Positions 37,752 to 49,469 of a stretch of DNA of 64,000 nucleotides are shown piece by piece (position 1 is the first letter of the stretch; every line of letters begins with the position of its first letter). A program made the position numbers and the translations under genes. The stretch comes from Podarcis gaigeae (lineage: Eukaryota), in NCBI GenBank assembly GCA_964106915.2, contig OZ066919.1. One strand, written 5' to 3'. The notes beneath the pieces are model-generated. The model saw nothing but the letters and a program-made list of their open reading frames with translations. It was not told the origin of the DNA and did no database searches.

Positions 37752-38543
37752 GTCTACTGGCCATGGCTTTCCAGGATTTCAGACAAGATTCACTCCCTGC
37801 CCTACCTGGAGATGTTATTGGGGATTGAACCTGAGACCTTCTGCATGCAAAACAGATGCTCTACCGCCAGGCTATGGGTCTTTCCCCATGCAAGAGCCCT
37901 GTGGTGTAGTGGTTAGAGTCAAGACCTGGAAAACTAGGGTTCAAATCCCCACTGGCCTTATTTGTCTAGATGCCCATTTGGCTTTTATTACACTTCTGAT
38001 CAGGGGTGCCAACTTGAATAAAATATTGGGTGCGACCAGGTAAACTCTGCCCCGCAGAATCGATCACAGGACGTGGCACACGCGCACCATTTGAATCCAT
38101 CAATTGGAGGGGCTTGGCTCCTAGGAGATGGTTCCTATGCTTTCTGTCCACAAGAAAACCCGACCGCGCGCGACTGTTAAGCACGACCCCCGCTGTCCAT
38201 GGCAAGCACTTCCGCGTGGGAATTTGGCCGCGTCTGCGATTCCTTGTCCGACGTGGCTCCTCCGAGCCGCAGCCCCATTCTCCATCTACCTGCCAATGCC
38301 CGCCCCTCCAGCAGCATATAGATAGCCATCGCTGCCGCCCACGATGCCGGCGAGCCCCAGCCACCTTCCTTTCCGTGCGCCAGCCGCCCAAGCTGGGCAC
38401 GCCAGCAGCCCCGCGGGCTCTCTCAGCGCAGCCGGCCCCACGCCTGGGCGTGAGCGCTGCCTCTCCCCGGCAGGCAGAGCTGGGGCGAGGCCCTGGCGAA
38501 GCAGGAAAGGAATGCGAGTGGGAAGAGCGAGGCACAAGCGAGC

Positions 38544-38563
38544 GGGCATGTAGCGGCAGATCC
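38544..38563 (+). promoter_or_regulatory. Putative p53 response element
   Basis: GGGCATGTAG CGGCAGATCC: two abutting degenerate RRRCWWGYYY half-sites near the presumed TSS. Mammalian PHLDA3 is an established direct p53 target. Confidence 0.45.
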
Positions 38564-38754
38564 CGGAGCCCAGAGGCCGGGGCAACCTCCGTCGGAGCTC
38601 ACGCGGCAGAGGGCGGGCTCTCTCTGGCTCCCTCGGTCTCTCCCTCGGAAGCCGGACGGCCAGGAGCAGCAGCAGGAGGAGGAAGAGGAAAGCGCTCCTG
38701 GCAGACCACGCGGCGGCGGCGGCGATTCCCAGCATCCTGGGCAGCCCGAGCCCC

Positions 38755-39115
38755 ATGGCGTCGGAGAAGGTGCTTCGCGAAGGGGTGCTGGAGAAGCGCA
38801 GCGGCGGCCTGCTGCAGCTCTGGAAGAGGAAGCGCTGCCTGCTGGGCGAGAAGGGGCTGCGGCTGTTCGAGGCCAGCAGCCGGGGCTCGACGCGCTGCAA
38901 GGAGATCCCCTTCGCGCGCCTCAAAGCTCTCGAGTGCGTGGAGTGGAAGCAGAGGCACATCTACTTCACGTTGGTGACGGACGGCGGCGCCGAGATCGAC
39001 TTCCGCTGCCCCCAGGAGGAGCCCAGCTGGAACGCCGACATCACCATGGCGCTGGTGCGCTTCAAGAACCAGCAGGCGGTGCAGATCGTGCGCGCCAGGC
39101 ACAGCTGCAGAGCCG
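38755..39115 (+). CDS. PHLDA3: PHLDA3 coding exon 1 (PH domain)
   Basis: Encodes [28 protein letters not shown]...[19 protein letters not shown]...[24 protein letters not shown], matching the PHLDA3 signature. Context cccATGG; donor GCCG|GTAAG; adjacent to CSRP1 as in other vertebrates. Confidence 0.95.
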
Positions 39116-40389
39116 GTAAGGCCAGCACGTCGGGGATGGCGCGCGGGGGATGGTGCACGGCATGGGGCAAGAAAATCGTGCCCCTTCTGCCCAGGAAACG
39201 ATGGCCAGAGCCGAAGGGCAGACAGAGCACGTGCTTTGCGCGCACCGGGGCTCCGCGGGCACTTCCAGTTTAAAATATCTCTGGTAGCAGAAGTGGAAGA
39301 AGGCTCCAGCCAGAGACGGTGGCGAGATTCGGCCGCCAGTCAGAGTAGCAGTGATCTGACTCAGCACAAGGTGGCTTCAGGCGTTCATACAAGATGTGTC
39401 ATTATCACGCTGGTTCCATTTATGCCTTAATTCATCCAGAAACCTGCATCAAAAGATTGGCACCTTTCCTTTCCATTTTACAACTCGGGATGTGACCAGG
39501 TAGCCTCTTAGAGAGCACTCTTCCCCACTCTTGTGCTCCCTGGAGGTTCTGGGGGAGCTTAGAGGAAGTTGTGGGCACCAGTGGTGTGCGGTGATTTTTT
39601 TTTTGTAGGGGAAAAGCTAGGGCTAGAGGCGCCAGTTTATGAGAGCGATCCCCCCCCATTGTGTGTGTGACTTTGTGATGTTGTGAGCACCATCCTAAGC
39701 CAGGCAGAAGCTCCCCGAGAGAAGGCACCAGGCATGAATACTTTAATACTCTAATTACTGGGAGCGTTTAGGGGACTTGCCCAGTCCCCCTAGTCCACTG
39801 ACCGCCTGCCACTGGTGGCCACTGGTGGGTTTCTACTACTCATATGTATGGTAGACTATACAGGAAGGCCCAGGATGTTTTGGTGCCTAAGGCAAAACAT
39901 CATTAATAGTCTTTCCATTTATAGACCGTATACTACCTGATGCTCACAGTATGGTTTATAGCAGATAAAAATAGTATATACACAGTAGATATGTACACAA
40001 GCAATATCCATATCCATTATTTTTATTAGGTATATTGTGGCTTTATATCTTGATTTTATTTTGTGAACCGCCCTGAGACCCCCAGGTCTAGGGCGGTATA
40101 TAAAATCAGATACTACTACTACTAATAATAATATCCACAAACAATATTAATATAAGTAAAGTCAGAGAGCATTACAAGGCAGTATAATGTATGTTATGTT
40201 GGCTGAAAATTTGCATTACATTATTATAGAACTACCCCCTGAATTTTACTCGCCAACCATTGCACACAACCACTATGATCATCCACTACCTTAAATATTA
40301 TCTCTATCACCCAGCCACTCATACCTGACAGTATTACAGCCCACATACAAAGCATGCTGTCCCCAGTTCTGAAGCACTAATGGGCTCAT

Positions 40390-40585
40390 GACCACTCCGT
40401 ACATTTAAAGCATATCCAATGCACGTGACCCCCCCTACAAATCCTAGGATTTGCAGTTTGTTATGGGTGCTGGTAACTGTAGCTCTGTTAGAGGGAAACT
40501 ACAGATTCCAGGATTGTTTGAAGCAAGGGGAAGTCATGCGCTTCAAATATGTGTTCATTGTGCTTTAAATGTATCATGTGGATAT
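40390..40585. mobile_element. Old palindromic MITE-like element
   Basis: Terminal inverted repeat tacatttaaagca / tgctttaaatgta. Confidence 0.5.
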
Positions 40586-41057
40586 GCACTGGACCATCTG
40601 ATACTCCTCTCCCATCTGAGAAGGCCCAGTTCTATACCACAGCAGCCTCTCACCCAGGAGGCAGGTTATATAAAACTACTTCTATCCACTCACTTACAAG
40701 CATGCATTGTACTCTACAGCCTGAGCTCCTGACAAATAACTAATAAGCTTGGTAGCAAACGTGAGCATGAAGGTCACAATCAAGGTGGCCCTAAAGCCCA
40801 GCCAGTGGCTACACCCTGCTTTTCCATCAGTGATTTGGCCTGCTCCATCTCATGCTCTATTGACACGTTGTTGGGCAATATCTCATGCTCTGACTGAGAA
40901 CCACAGGACAAAAAACCTTGCCAGGCACAAGGTTTAAGTACAATACATGGAGAGGTGGGAGGGAGAGAGAAAAGCAGTCTCAGTTTAGGAATCCATGTGA
41001 ATCTTCTACTTTTGAACCTCTATCCCCACCCTCCCAAATAGTACCTGCATGGCGATA

Positions 41058-41266
41058 CAGTGTAACCTTGGTTTTCGAATGTCTCCGTTGACGAATGTTT
41101 CGGAACTCGAATGCCATAAACCCAGAAGTAAATGCTTCCATTTTCGAACACACCTCAGAAGTTGAAATTCCGAGGTAACTTCCGTATTGAGTTTTTGGTT
41201 TTCGAACGTTTCAGAACTCAAATGGTCTTCTGGAACAGATTATGTTTGGAAACCAAGGTTCCACTG
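41058..41266. mobile_element. Tc1/mariner (Tigger-like) MITE, second family
   Basis: TIRs CAGTGTAACCTTGGTTT / AAACCAAGGTTCCACTG with TA TSD. Confidence 0.85.
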
Positions 41267-42118
41267 TAAAAATATTTGTTGCCCCCTAATGGTGCCCTGA
41301 AATCTGCCATAATATGGGAAAGGTGCGAGGCAGTCTTGATTTATGCTAAATTTTTGCAGTCCCTGATCCTTTCACTGACACTTGCTAGGTGCTGACCAAA
41401 TAGCCATTGCATATATAGAAGTCCTCTGTCTCTGGTGATCTCCACTCATGAAGAAGCATGTAGGAACAGACTGTGTGCCTAACATGCATGTTGTAGAGAA
41501 AGTGGATAGGGAGAGGCTTTCCACGCCTTCTCTCATAATAGTAGAACTGTGGGGGGTGGGGAATCCAATGAAACTAAAGGTATGATGAAGAGAAAAGAAA
41601 GCACTTCTTCATGCAGTGCTTACTTAATCTGTGGAAGTTGCTCCCAGAAGATGTGATGAAGGCCACCATCTTGGATGGCAGTCAAAGAAGATCTGATTAA
41701 TTCATGGGGGCCAGAGCTATTGATGGCTATGTTCTCCCTTCATTACTGGGAGGCAGTATGCTTACATATGCCAAATACTCGGAATGGCCGGTGGGGAGAG
41801 GTCTGTCGCACTCAGGTCCTGCTTCTGTGCTTCCTGTGAGAACAGGATGCTGGACCAGATGGTTGGATCCAGCAAGAGCTCTTCTTGTGTTCTGTCCATC
41901 AGCAGATTTGTTTTCCTTTACACCTGCTTGCTCTTTTAACTAGTAAGAGGTAGACTGACAAATGCCCTTCACTGTTAGCAGATAGTTGGACCATGCATGT
42001 GATACACCCTGTTCTCATGTTACTAGAGCTGCGCCCAGCCAAAGAAGCCTAAGCAATGGAAGGGAAAACAGTATAATTCTTCATGGTTTCTTCACTCCTG
42101 AGGTATCATGCTTATTTT

Positions 42119-42190
42119 AATAGTATGATATATCAAAGGCTCAGGGTATTTTTAAATAGTATGGTATATCAAAGGCTCAGGGTATTTTTA
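42119..42190. repeat. 36-bp tandem duplication in the predicted PHLDA3 intron
   Basis: aatagtatg(a/g)tatatcaaaggctcagggtattttta occurs twice. Confidence 0.9.
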
Positions 42191-43449
42191 AGGGTGTTTT
42201 AACCCTTCACTCACAGCAACCAAACCCTGATAGCAGAAGTTATCATGACCAGGAGAAAAGCACGTGGACAGAGGGATCGTGGGGAGAAAGTTGCATGAAG
42301 AGGGGTGGAAAGTTTGAGTCTGGATTCGTCACCTGCACACCTACTGCCTTGGAAACCATATTTCTGTGACGTTGGGGCAGGTCCATGTATAAGCACCAGG
42401 ATCTGCTGCCATTGCATCTAGTCTATCCCTGAACATGGCAAGTATGGCTGATCTCCAGTGTTGACTGTATTATGCAGGAAGAAAATGTTACTGGTCTTTT
42501 CAGCCAAGGCTGTGTGATTTCTCCCATACCTTGCATATATTCTTGCCCAGTTTCTGTTTCTCTTGTCCTGCTCTAACTTGTCATACTGCAAATCCCCATC
42601 AGTCAGCAAGTGAACATGAGACTATTGTTCAGTTCCTGCTCAGGCCAGCAAGTTGTGGATAATTTGTTCCATCCAACTAGCCTCTCATATAAGAATGGCT
42701 TTTTGACAGAAAGTTTCTAGGACTCAAGTGGCTCTTTGCAATTTCAGATATAACAGTAGGTGCTCCACAATTTCAGATGTAACAAAATTATTTCAGTCCC
42801 TGTTAAACTTTCACTCTTACTCTAGTGATAGGAATTGTTCAAATGAAGAGCACTATTTTTAGTTTGCAAGCCATGTTTTTGACATTATGGGGTTTTGGAT
42901 TTATTATTACTGTTATATTATAATTAGTAGTAGTAGTAAAGTTTTTTATTATTTCATTTTATAATGCATATAAAACAGAGATAACAATTATAAAAACAGA
43001 CAAAAATTAAAAGATGAAAAACAAAACTATAAAATAGGCTCATGAGTAGTTGCTCATGAGTTAAAATAACAAAGTCCAAGGAAATACTATCAACTTTATT
43101 GTTATATTATTAATATTGTTTCAGTAACACCTTTTAGTATACAAAGTTCTTTACAATATATTGTAACAGCCCTGTAACAAAAGCTGTTGAAACAACTTGC
43201 AATCAAAAGAATAGGATAGGTGTCAAAAGCCAGGGTAAAGCCATATAACAAGAGCTGTATAATGAATGTGCCAAATGCATCTCTGTAGGGAGGAAACTCC
43301 AAAGCTTAGGAGCTGCCACAGGAAATGCCTGCTCCCAGGTCTTCCAAGTTTGAATATTCTCACACATCAGCACCTGCACTAGTCTGGCCCTTTGTCCAAC
43401 TTGTCTCCAGTCTAACCAAAGATCCACCTCCTTTCCTTTTCTGTTGCAG

Positions 43450-43598
43450 CATTTCAACATGAGGCAGCCCCAGCTGGCCAGATTCTGGTGAATGGGTCCA
43501 AGGAGCCAGACCCTAAGCTGAACATGGAGAACACAGAGGAACTGATGGCTGTGAATTCACCTGCCAATGGACAGAAGGCAATCTCCAGCTGCAACTGA
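43450..43598 (+). CDS. PHLDA3: Predicted PHLDA3 coding exon 2 (C-terminal extension)
   Basis: Branch-like CTAAC at 43412, polypyrimidine tract ctcctttccttttctgttgcAG. The phase-1 join reads (A)FQHEAAPAGQILVNGSKEPDPKLNMENTEELMAVNSPANGQKAISSCN then TGA; 169 aa total. Confidence 0.6.
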
Positions 43599-45022
43599 AC
43601 TTAGATCCATTTTTTCTCTTCCATGGTATTACTACTGAAAAACGAAGTGATGCCCAAAGCGTACAGCAAGACCTGGGTCACAAATATAGCTAGAATGGGC
43701 ATTGGTTTTCTGGCTGCGTCTTTGCTATGATACTTAAGTCACAGACAAAGCCCCCTCCAAACTGCTGTGGACTGAAAGGTTGCTTCTCTACTCTCATACC
43801 TATGGTGGTCCACACCATAGGACTTTGTAGGTTAGGCTGAAGAGACAGACACAGCAAGAGTGACAAAAGAGAATCATTCCATTCCATTGTCTGCCACCAG
43901 CCTAGTGCTGGATGGGCGATGCAGGAATTCACTGGATCATGAGGAGCGTTGGGAAGGAATTCCTGAGCATGCGAGGAGCCATCTGATGACTTCATGATTG
44001 AAAGGGAGCATCCCTCCTCGGAGAACTGAGTGACTGACCTGGAAGGAGCAATGGTGAACCGGCTATTCTGATCTGAGAAGTCACATGTTGCCAGGAAGAT
44101 GCCTGCAGGACTTAACAGACAGACCGGATATAAATTTAAGCACCTTAAGGAGGAGCCTGTGTGGACTTCTGAGACTCTCTTAAATGAGTTTTCTCTGTAG
44201 TATTGCTCACTTGAGGCCTTCTGCTCAGAACTAAAGGACAGGAAGAACACTGACTGGGCCAGTGTCCCATCCTTACGACCAATAGCTCCAGCTCAGTGAA
44301 TCACTCTGGTGTCCCACTGTACATCCATTTCATTAGGTCCCTTACATACTGTTGGCCATTACATGTGTGAAGGGGCAATCCACCTTTAACCAAACCGTCA
44401 TGCTTTCCATATGTTCAGGGCATGTGTCTGCAGTGGGGAGCTTGTTGCACTCATGTAGGCTCCCCATGTGACTGAGAGGCCTAATGGCACCAGGTTCTAG
44501 ATTGCTTGAGATGTTTACATGAGAGTAGCAGTCTTCCCACTGCAGAGGGTTGCCCTGAAAGAGTGGGAAACTGGTTGGAGCAGCACAAGTGGGATAAAGC
44601 TGAAGGCCACCTCTTTAGTCACATTCCCCCTTCATGTGGGTAACAACTAAACAGGGCCTATTACAGGGAGGAACATCATGAACTTTTGAAGAGGACTACT
44701 CACAAAAATGAGCATCCTATTTGACCGTGCACAAGGAAGATTGTCCTGCTCACCTTGAGGCTGTGAATGCCATTGTCACCTTCTCTTTCTCCTGATTCAA
44801 GGCCCATTTACTTACTATGGGCCATGGCAAGGAGGCAAGCGCAGGAAGGCCTTAGGGCCCTGGCAGAGCATCTTTATCCATTGGGAATGGAACTGCCAGT
44901 CTGAGAATCCCTAGCTGGGAAAAGGATGCTATTCATTTTTACCAGGGTGATGGCTGTCTGAGGGCCAAACAATGGGTACTCATTTACTCCTAACTACTGG
45001 TCATTATGTATAACCTTTTATT

Positions 45023-45028
45023 AATAAA
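45023..45028 (+). terminator. PHLDA3: Probable PHLDA3 polyadenylation signal
   Basis: AATAAA ending about 1.4 kb of sequence with no repeats I recognise after the predicted stop; GT/T-rich tract at about 45070-45092. Confidence 0.5.
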
Positions 45029-45636
45029 ATTTCAAGAAAATCAACAATGCACATATGTCATTCTTTAGAAGTGTGCCTTTATGGTTCTTTTTAAAAAGTT
45101 GGGCTCATCACGCCATTGCTTAAAGGATTGTGCCTGATGTATGTATGGGCAATGCTCAGGGATGATGGGAGTTGTGGTTCAGTAACATCTGGAGGTCCAC
45201 AAGTTCCCGCCTGCTGCCTTAGACCATGGGCCTTTAACTGGACCATTGAGATCCTCAAGTAGGAATGAAGCAAAGTAGGTTGTGGTGCCACCTGCTTTCT
45301 AATTTTTGTTGAGAGAGAGAGAAACTGAACGCATAGAGGACAGGCCTCCTTTGGTATTTGATGGTGTGAACTCCTGCCTGACAAGCTAAAGCTGACCATT
45401 CTCCCTGGTCATCCTGGCTCATAAAATCAAGAAGAAAGATGGGAATATACCACAATTTTTTTTTAAACACTGCTCCTGTGGTAACCCCATGTTGGGGTTG
45501 CTGAATTGGAAAAGGTTGACTGCTGCAATAGATAATTTGGGCTCTGTTTCCCAATCACTGTGTAAAACTGAATATGTTAAAGAAGGGACTACAGTGGAAA
45601 ATGCAATGGATTGTTGAAATAACAAGGCCACTTTTG

Positions 45637-46519
45637 TTTTTGTTTTTTAAAAGATATTTATTGAAATTTTCCAAGAAGAAAGAAAGGGGGGAAAAAGATA
45701 CAAAAAAAGAAAAAAAGACAAAAAAGTAAAAAAAGATTTTAAAAATGGAAAAAACAGTCAATTACAAACCTTATTTTCAATAACTTATTTCCATGACTTC
45801 CCCACGCCTCCCCTTCTTGCATTCCAATTCCAATTTTTTGTTCAACAAGTTCTTATCCCTAATTTTTTAACCTTATTATATTTAGTTCATTATTGTATTT
45901 CGTTCATTTTATATAACCAATTTTGACTTATAAGCATCAATCTTGAAATCTTTTTCTAAGGTCGACCTCAATTCCCTTCCACGAATTCCCCAATTTTTAT
46001 ACTGATAACAAACACCCACAAGAAAAACTAAAAACATGATATAATTGTATACCCTTTGGATTCCCAATCCTCACCCCCCCTTTCCCGGTTTTGATCCCCA
46101 ACAAATGTTCGTCAGCCCAACTGCTATCAGCCTGGAGATCTCACGTCCGAGGCCCTTAATTCTCTCTCAGTTCCTCTCTGCCGGTTTTTTTGATAGTCCT
46201 TTATATTAAACACCAAGTCTCGGAGAAGCTCTGTCCCCATAATGTCTATTTTTCTTCCAGCCAGACCTCCATATTTAAGAGTGGAGCCCAAATCTTGTAT
46301 CTTACTTTTTTTAAGTCCAAATGTCCCAAAAGCTCCAGCTTCCACCTTGGTCAAATTTGTAATCCATAGGTCTTCAGATCCCCACATAAGGAGATCTCTC
46401 AGTTCTCCATTCTTCGATTCAAACCAGATTTTCATCCTCCAGATCTTGTTTTCCTTTACATCCATCTTGACAGGCCTCTGGCTCTCCTTAATCATCCGCA
46501 GCATTATAGCTCCTCCTTC
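45637..46519 (-). mobile_element. L1-tailed retroelement with unassigned ORF
   Basis: Perfect 17-bp TSD TAACAAGGCCACTTTTG (45620-45636, 46520-46536); poly-T end; open frame ending at 46127. Confidence 0.8.
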
Positions 46520-47342
46520 TAACAAGGCCACTTTTGAGAGGGTAGAGCAACTGCTGTTGTCTAAATCATTTTTCAGCATTAACGAAATGAACAGTAGTGG
46601 TCTTATGAAAGCTCAGGTTCTTAAAATACAGCTAGTTAATCTTCAAGGTGCTGTGTTTTCTTTTTAATAAACAACCACAACTAACATGGCTTTAATCTTG
46701 AATTTTAGAAAATGGTCTAAAGCAGTGGTTTTAAATATTTCCACTTGCAGGGAAAGCTTTCCAAATTGCCAATAAATTTCTGCATCTCTGCCTCAGAACT
46801 TCTTATATATTGGCAATAATTTTTGGGAAGTTGTATTCTGGGATACATAATCTGCATGGATCACTGGCCAAGCCTAGTAGGTTTCATTGTTGTCCTTTGT
46901 GCCCTGGAACATGCCAAATAGTTTCCTGGGTCTGTGCAATGCAGGGAAAGATTGGAAGCTATATTTCTGGGATGGCTAACAATCATTTCTATTGTTCTCA
47001 TTGAGGAATCACAAGTTTCTGAGTTACCCCAGGTTCACAGAACCTGGCCTAAACTTTCACAGGGACGGGGGACATGTGACCCTACAGATGCTACTGGATT
47101 CATGGACAATGGTCAGGGATAATGGGAGTTGTAGTCCAACAACATCTGAAGCTCCCCAGCATTCCCCAGGTCTGACATTTGTGTGTGAAGAGAGAGCAAG
47201 TGTTCTACTGGCCTTCCTCTGTTGAGAAGCTCCTACCAGTTCCAAGCCAGCATGGCCAATGCTTAGGGGTGATGGGGAAAATATAGATGGGAATTATAGT
47301 TATTGAATGGCTGGAGAGGCATATGTTCCCTATTTCCTAAAC

Positions 47343-47570
47343 CAGGGGTCAGCAAGGTTTATCTTGCCTGGGCTGGATCGGTCCCGTGGAGATCCCTCTA
47401 TGGGCTGGATCGCGCATGCAGATGCGATTTTCGGAGCCGCAGAAGCAAGTCCCCACGCCAGTTTAACACAGTGCGTGAGAGGGCAGCTCAGTTTGGGGGT
47501 GGCTTGTGGACTAGTCAAATGACCTCCGCGGGCTGCTTCCGGCCCATGGGCCTTAGGTTGCTGACCCCTG
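47343..47570. mobile_element. Non-autonomous hAT element
   Basis: TIRs CAGGGGTCAGCAA / TTGCTGACCCCTG; perfect TSD TCCTAAAC. Confidence 0.9.
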
Positions 47571-47852
47571 TCCTAAACGGAGGCTAAAGAGCATGGAAGG
47601 ACTTAAAGAAGGGATGCAGATGCTCAAGGATGATAGTGCTAGTTAGTGTGGTGTCACCTTTCCATAAAGTAGCCAGAGTGACTTGTAGGAACGTAAGTAA
47701 GATATGAACTCAGCAAAAAAGACAAAAAAATGATAAGACCCCAGTAGCCAGAAGTAGCTTATAGGGAAATGTGGGTGAGTTAAAATAAGCCTGTAACCCC
47801 ACAAACATCTTAGCCACCACATTTTGCACTAGCTGCATTGATGTGAAATATC

Positions 47853-48740
47853 TTTTTTTATATATATATATAATAATTTTTATTCATTTTTCCAACACAA
47901 AAAGGACAAAACAATACACACACATAAACAAATCAAAAACATACAAACATGTATAATTTCAAAAAGACATATTTTCATAACCTTGCTTCTCGGACTTCCC
48001 CTTACCTCCCCTTTTCTGCATCTCTGTTTTAAGATTTTTCAGCACCTCTTCGCACCAATTAATTAATTACTTATTTTCTCTTTAAGTTTCTTCTAACACT
48101 TAATCAATTACAGCTGTAATTCTATATTTTCCTTTCCCTTGACATTTCAGCATTCATCAATTTTACAACAATTTCTCAAATATACTTTAAATTTCATCCA
48201 GTCTTCTTCCACCGTCTCTTTATCGTGGTCACGGATTCTGCCAGTCATCTCTGCTAGTTCCATATAGTCGATCACCTTTGTCTGCCATTCTTCCAGTGTG
48301 GGTAGTTCTTGTGTCTTCCAATACTTTGCTAAAAGGATCCTTGCCGCTGTGGTAGCATACATAAAAAATGTCCTATCCTTCTTTGGCACCAATTGGCCGA
48401 CCAGGCCCAAGAGAAATGCCTCCGGTTTCTTATGAAAAGTACATTTAAGTACCTTCTTAATTTCATTATAAATCATTTCCCAAAAGGCTTTAATCTTCGG
48501 GCAGGTCCACCAAAGGTGATAAAAGGTTCCTTCCATCTCATTACATTTCCAGCATTTATTATTGGGCAAATGATAAATTTTTGCAAGCTTGGTTGGGGTC
48601 ATGTACCACCTTTAAATCATTTTCATAATATTGTCTCTTAAGGCATTACATGCCGTAAATTTTATACTGGTGGTCCATAACTGTTCCCAATCCGCAAACA
48701 TAATGTCATGACCAAAGTCTTGTGCCCATTTAATCATAGC
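47853..48740 (-). mobile_element. L1-clade LINE, 5'-truncated (ORF2 C-terminus and 3'UTR)
   Basis: CWKCNEMEGTFYHLWWTCPKIKAFW is a CCHC knuckle; perfect 17-bp TSD CATTGATGTGAAATATC (47836-47852, 48741-48757). Confidence 0.92.
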
Positions 48741-49097
48741 CATTGATGTGAAATATCAGGAAGGAAATCTCACCCAAGGATGATGAATATTGTGTAATTT
48801 TAAAGATTGCATACTCCTGCACTTCACTATATTGGTGGCATAAATGCTATCCATATGAGACAGCTTCTACCCACAATCTACCATAATATTGTTTCCTTTA
48901 TTTGTTTGTCAATTTACGAAACCCAGCTCTCAATGGTCCCTCAGTTGTCCCACCTTTCATCACATGCACTTCAATTATTTTTGACTTTTATTGTGACATA
49001 CGCAGTACTTTTATGGTGAAGAGTCTGCATGATCAGATGCATTTAAAGAAGCAGGTTCTAACTCACCAGAGTTGAAATGTGTTAAGACTTTCAGGCA

Positions 49098-49469
49098 GGG
49101 ATGCAGGTGGCGCTGTGGGTTAAAGCCTCAGCACCTAGGACTTGCCGATCGAAAGGTCGGCGATTCGAATCCCTGCGGCGGGGTGCGCTCCCGCTGCTCG
49201 GTCCCAGCGCCTGCCAACCTAGCAGTTCGAAAGCACCTCCGGGTGCAAGTAGATAAATAGGGACCGCTTACCAGCGGGAAGGTAAACGGCGTTTCCGTGT
49301 GCGGCTCTGGCTCTGGCTCTGGCCAGAGCAGCGATGTCACGCTGGCCATGTGACCCGGAAGTGTCTCCGGACAGCGCTGGCCCCTGGCCTCTTGAGTGAG
49401 ATGGGCGCACAACCCCAGAGTCTGTCAAGACTGGCCCGTACGGGCAGGGGTACCTTTACCTTTACCTTT
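49098..49469 (+). mobile_element. Sauria SINE, young subfamily B
   Basis: Full length; TSD TTAAG(A/T)CTTTCAGGCA. Confidence 0.95.

Larger units (their letters stand above)
38020..39340. promoter_or_regulatory. PHLDA3: CpG island / promoter of PHLDA3
   Basis: CpG-dense block with, in order, CCAAT (38293), GC box CCGCCC (about 38300) and TATA-like CATATAG (38315) upstream of the ATG. Confidence 0.85.

Noticed and set aside
38344-38553. 69-aa ATG-initiated uORF upstream of PHLDA3
   Set aside because: Its start may lie upstream of or at the TSS, which cannot be placed from sequence alone; no coding signature.
38030-38977. 315-aa ORF overlapping PHLDA3 in another frame, plus antisense ORFs 37966-39102
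   Set aside because: GTG start and low-complexity Arg/Ala/Pro/Gly content; explained by stop-codon scarcity in the CpG island.
43690-44250. 186-aa antisense ORF in the predicted PHLDA3 3'UTR
   Set aside because: Non-ATG start and no recognisable homology; probably chance.
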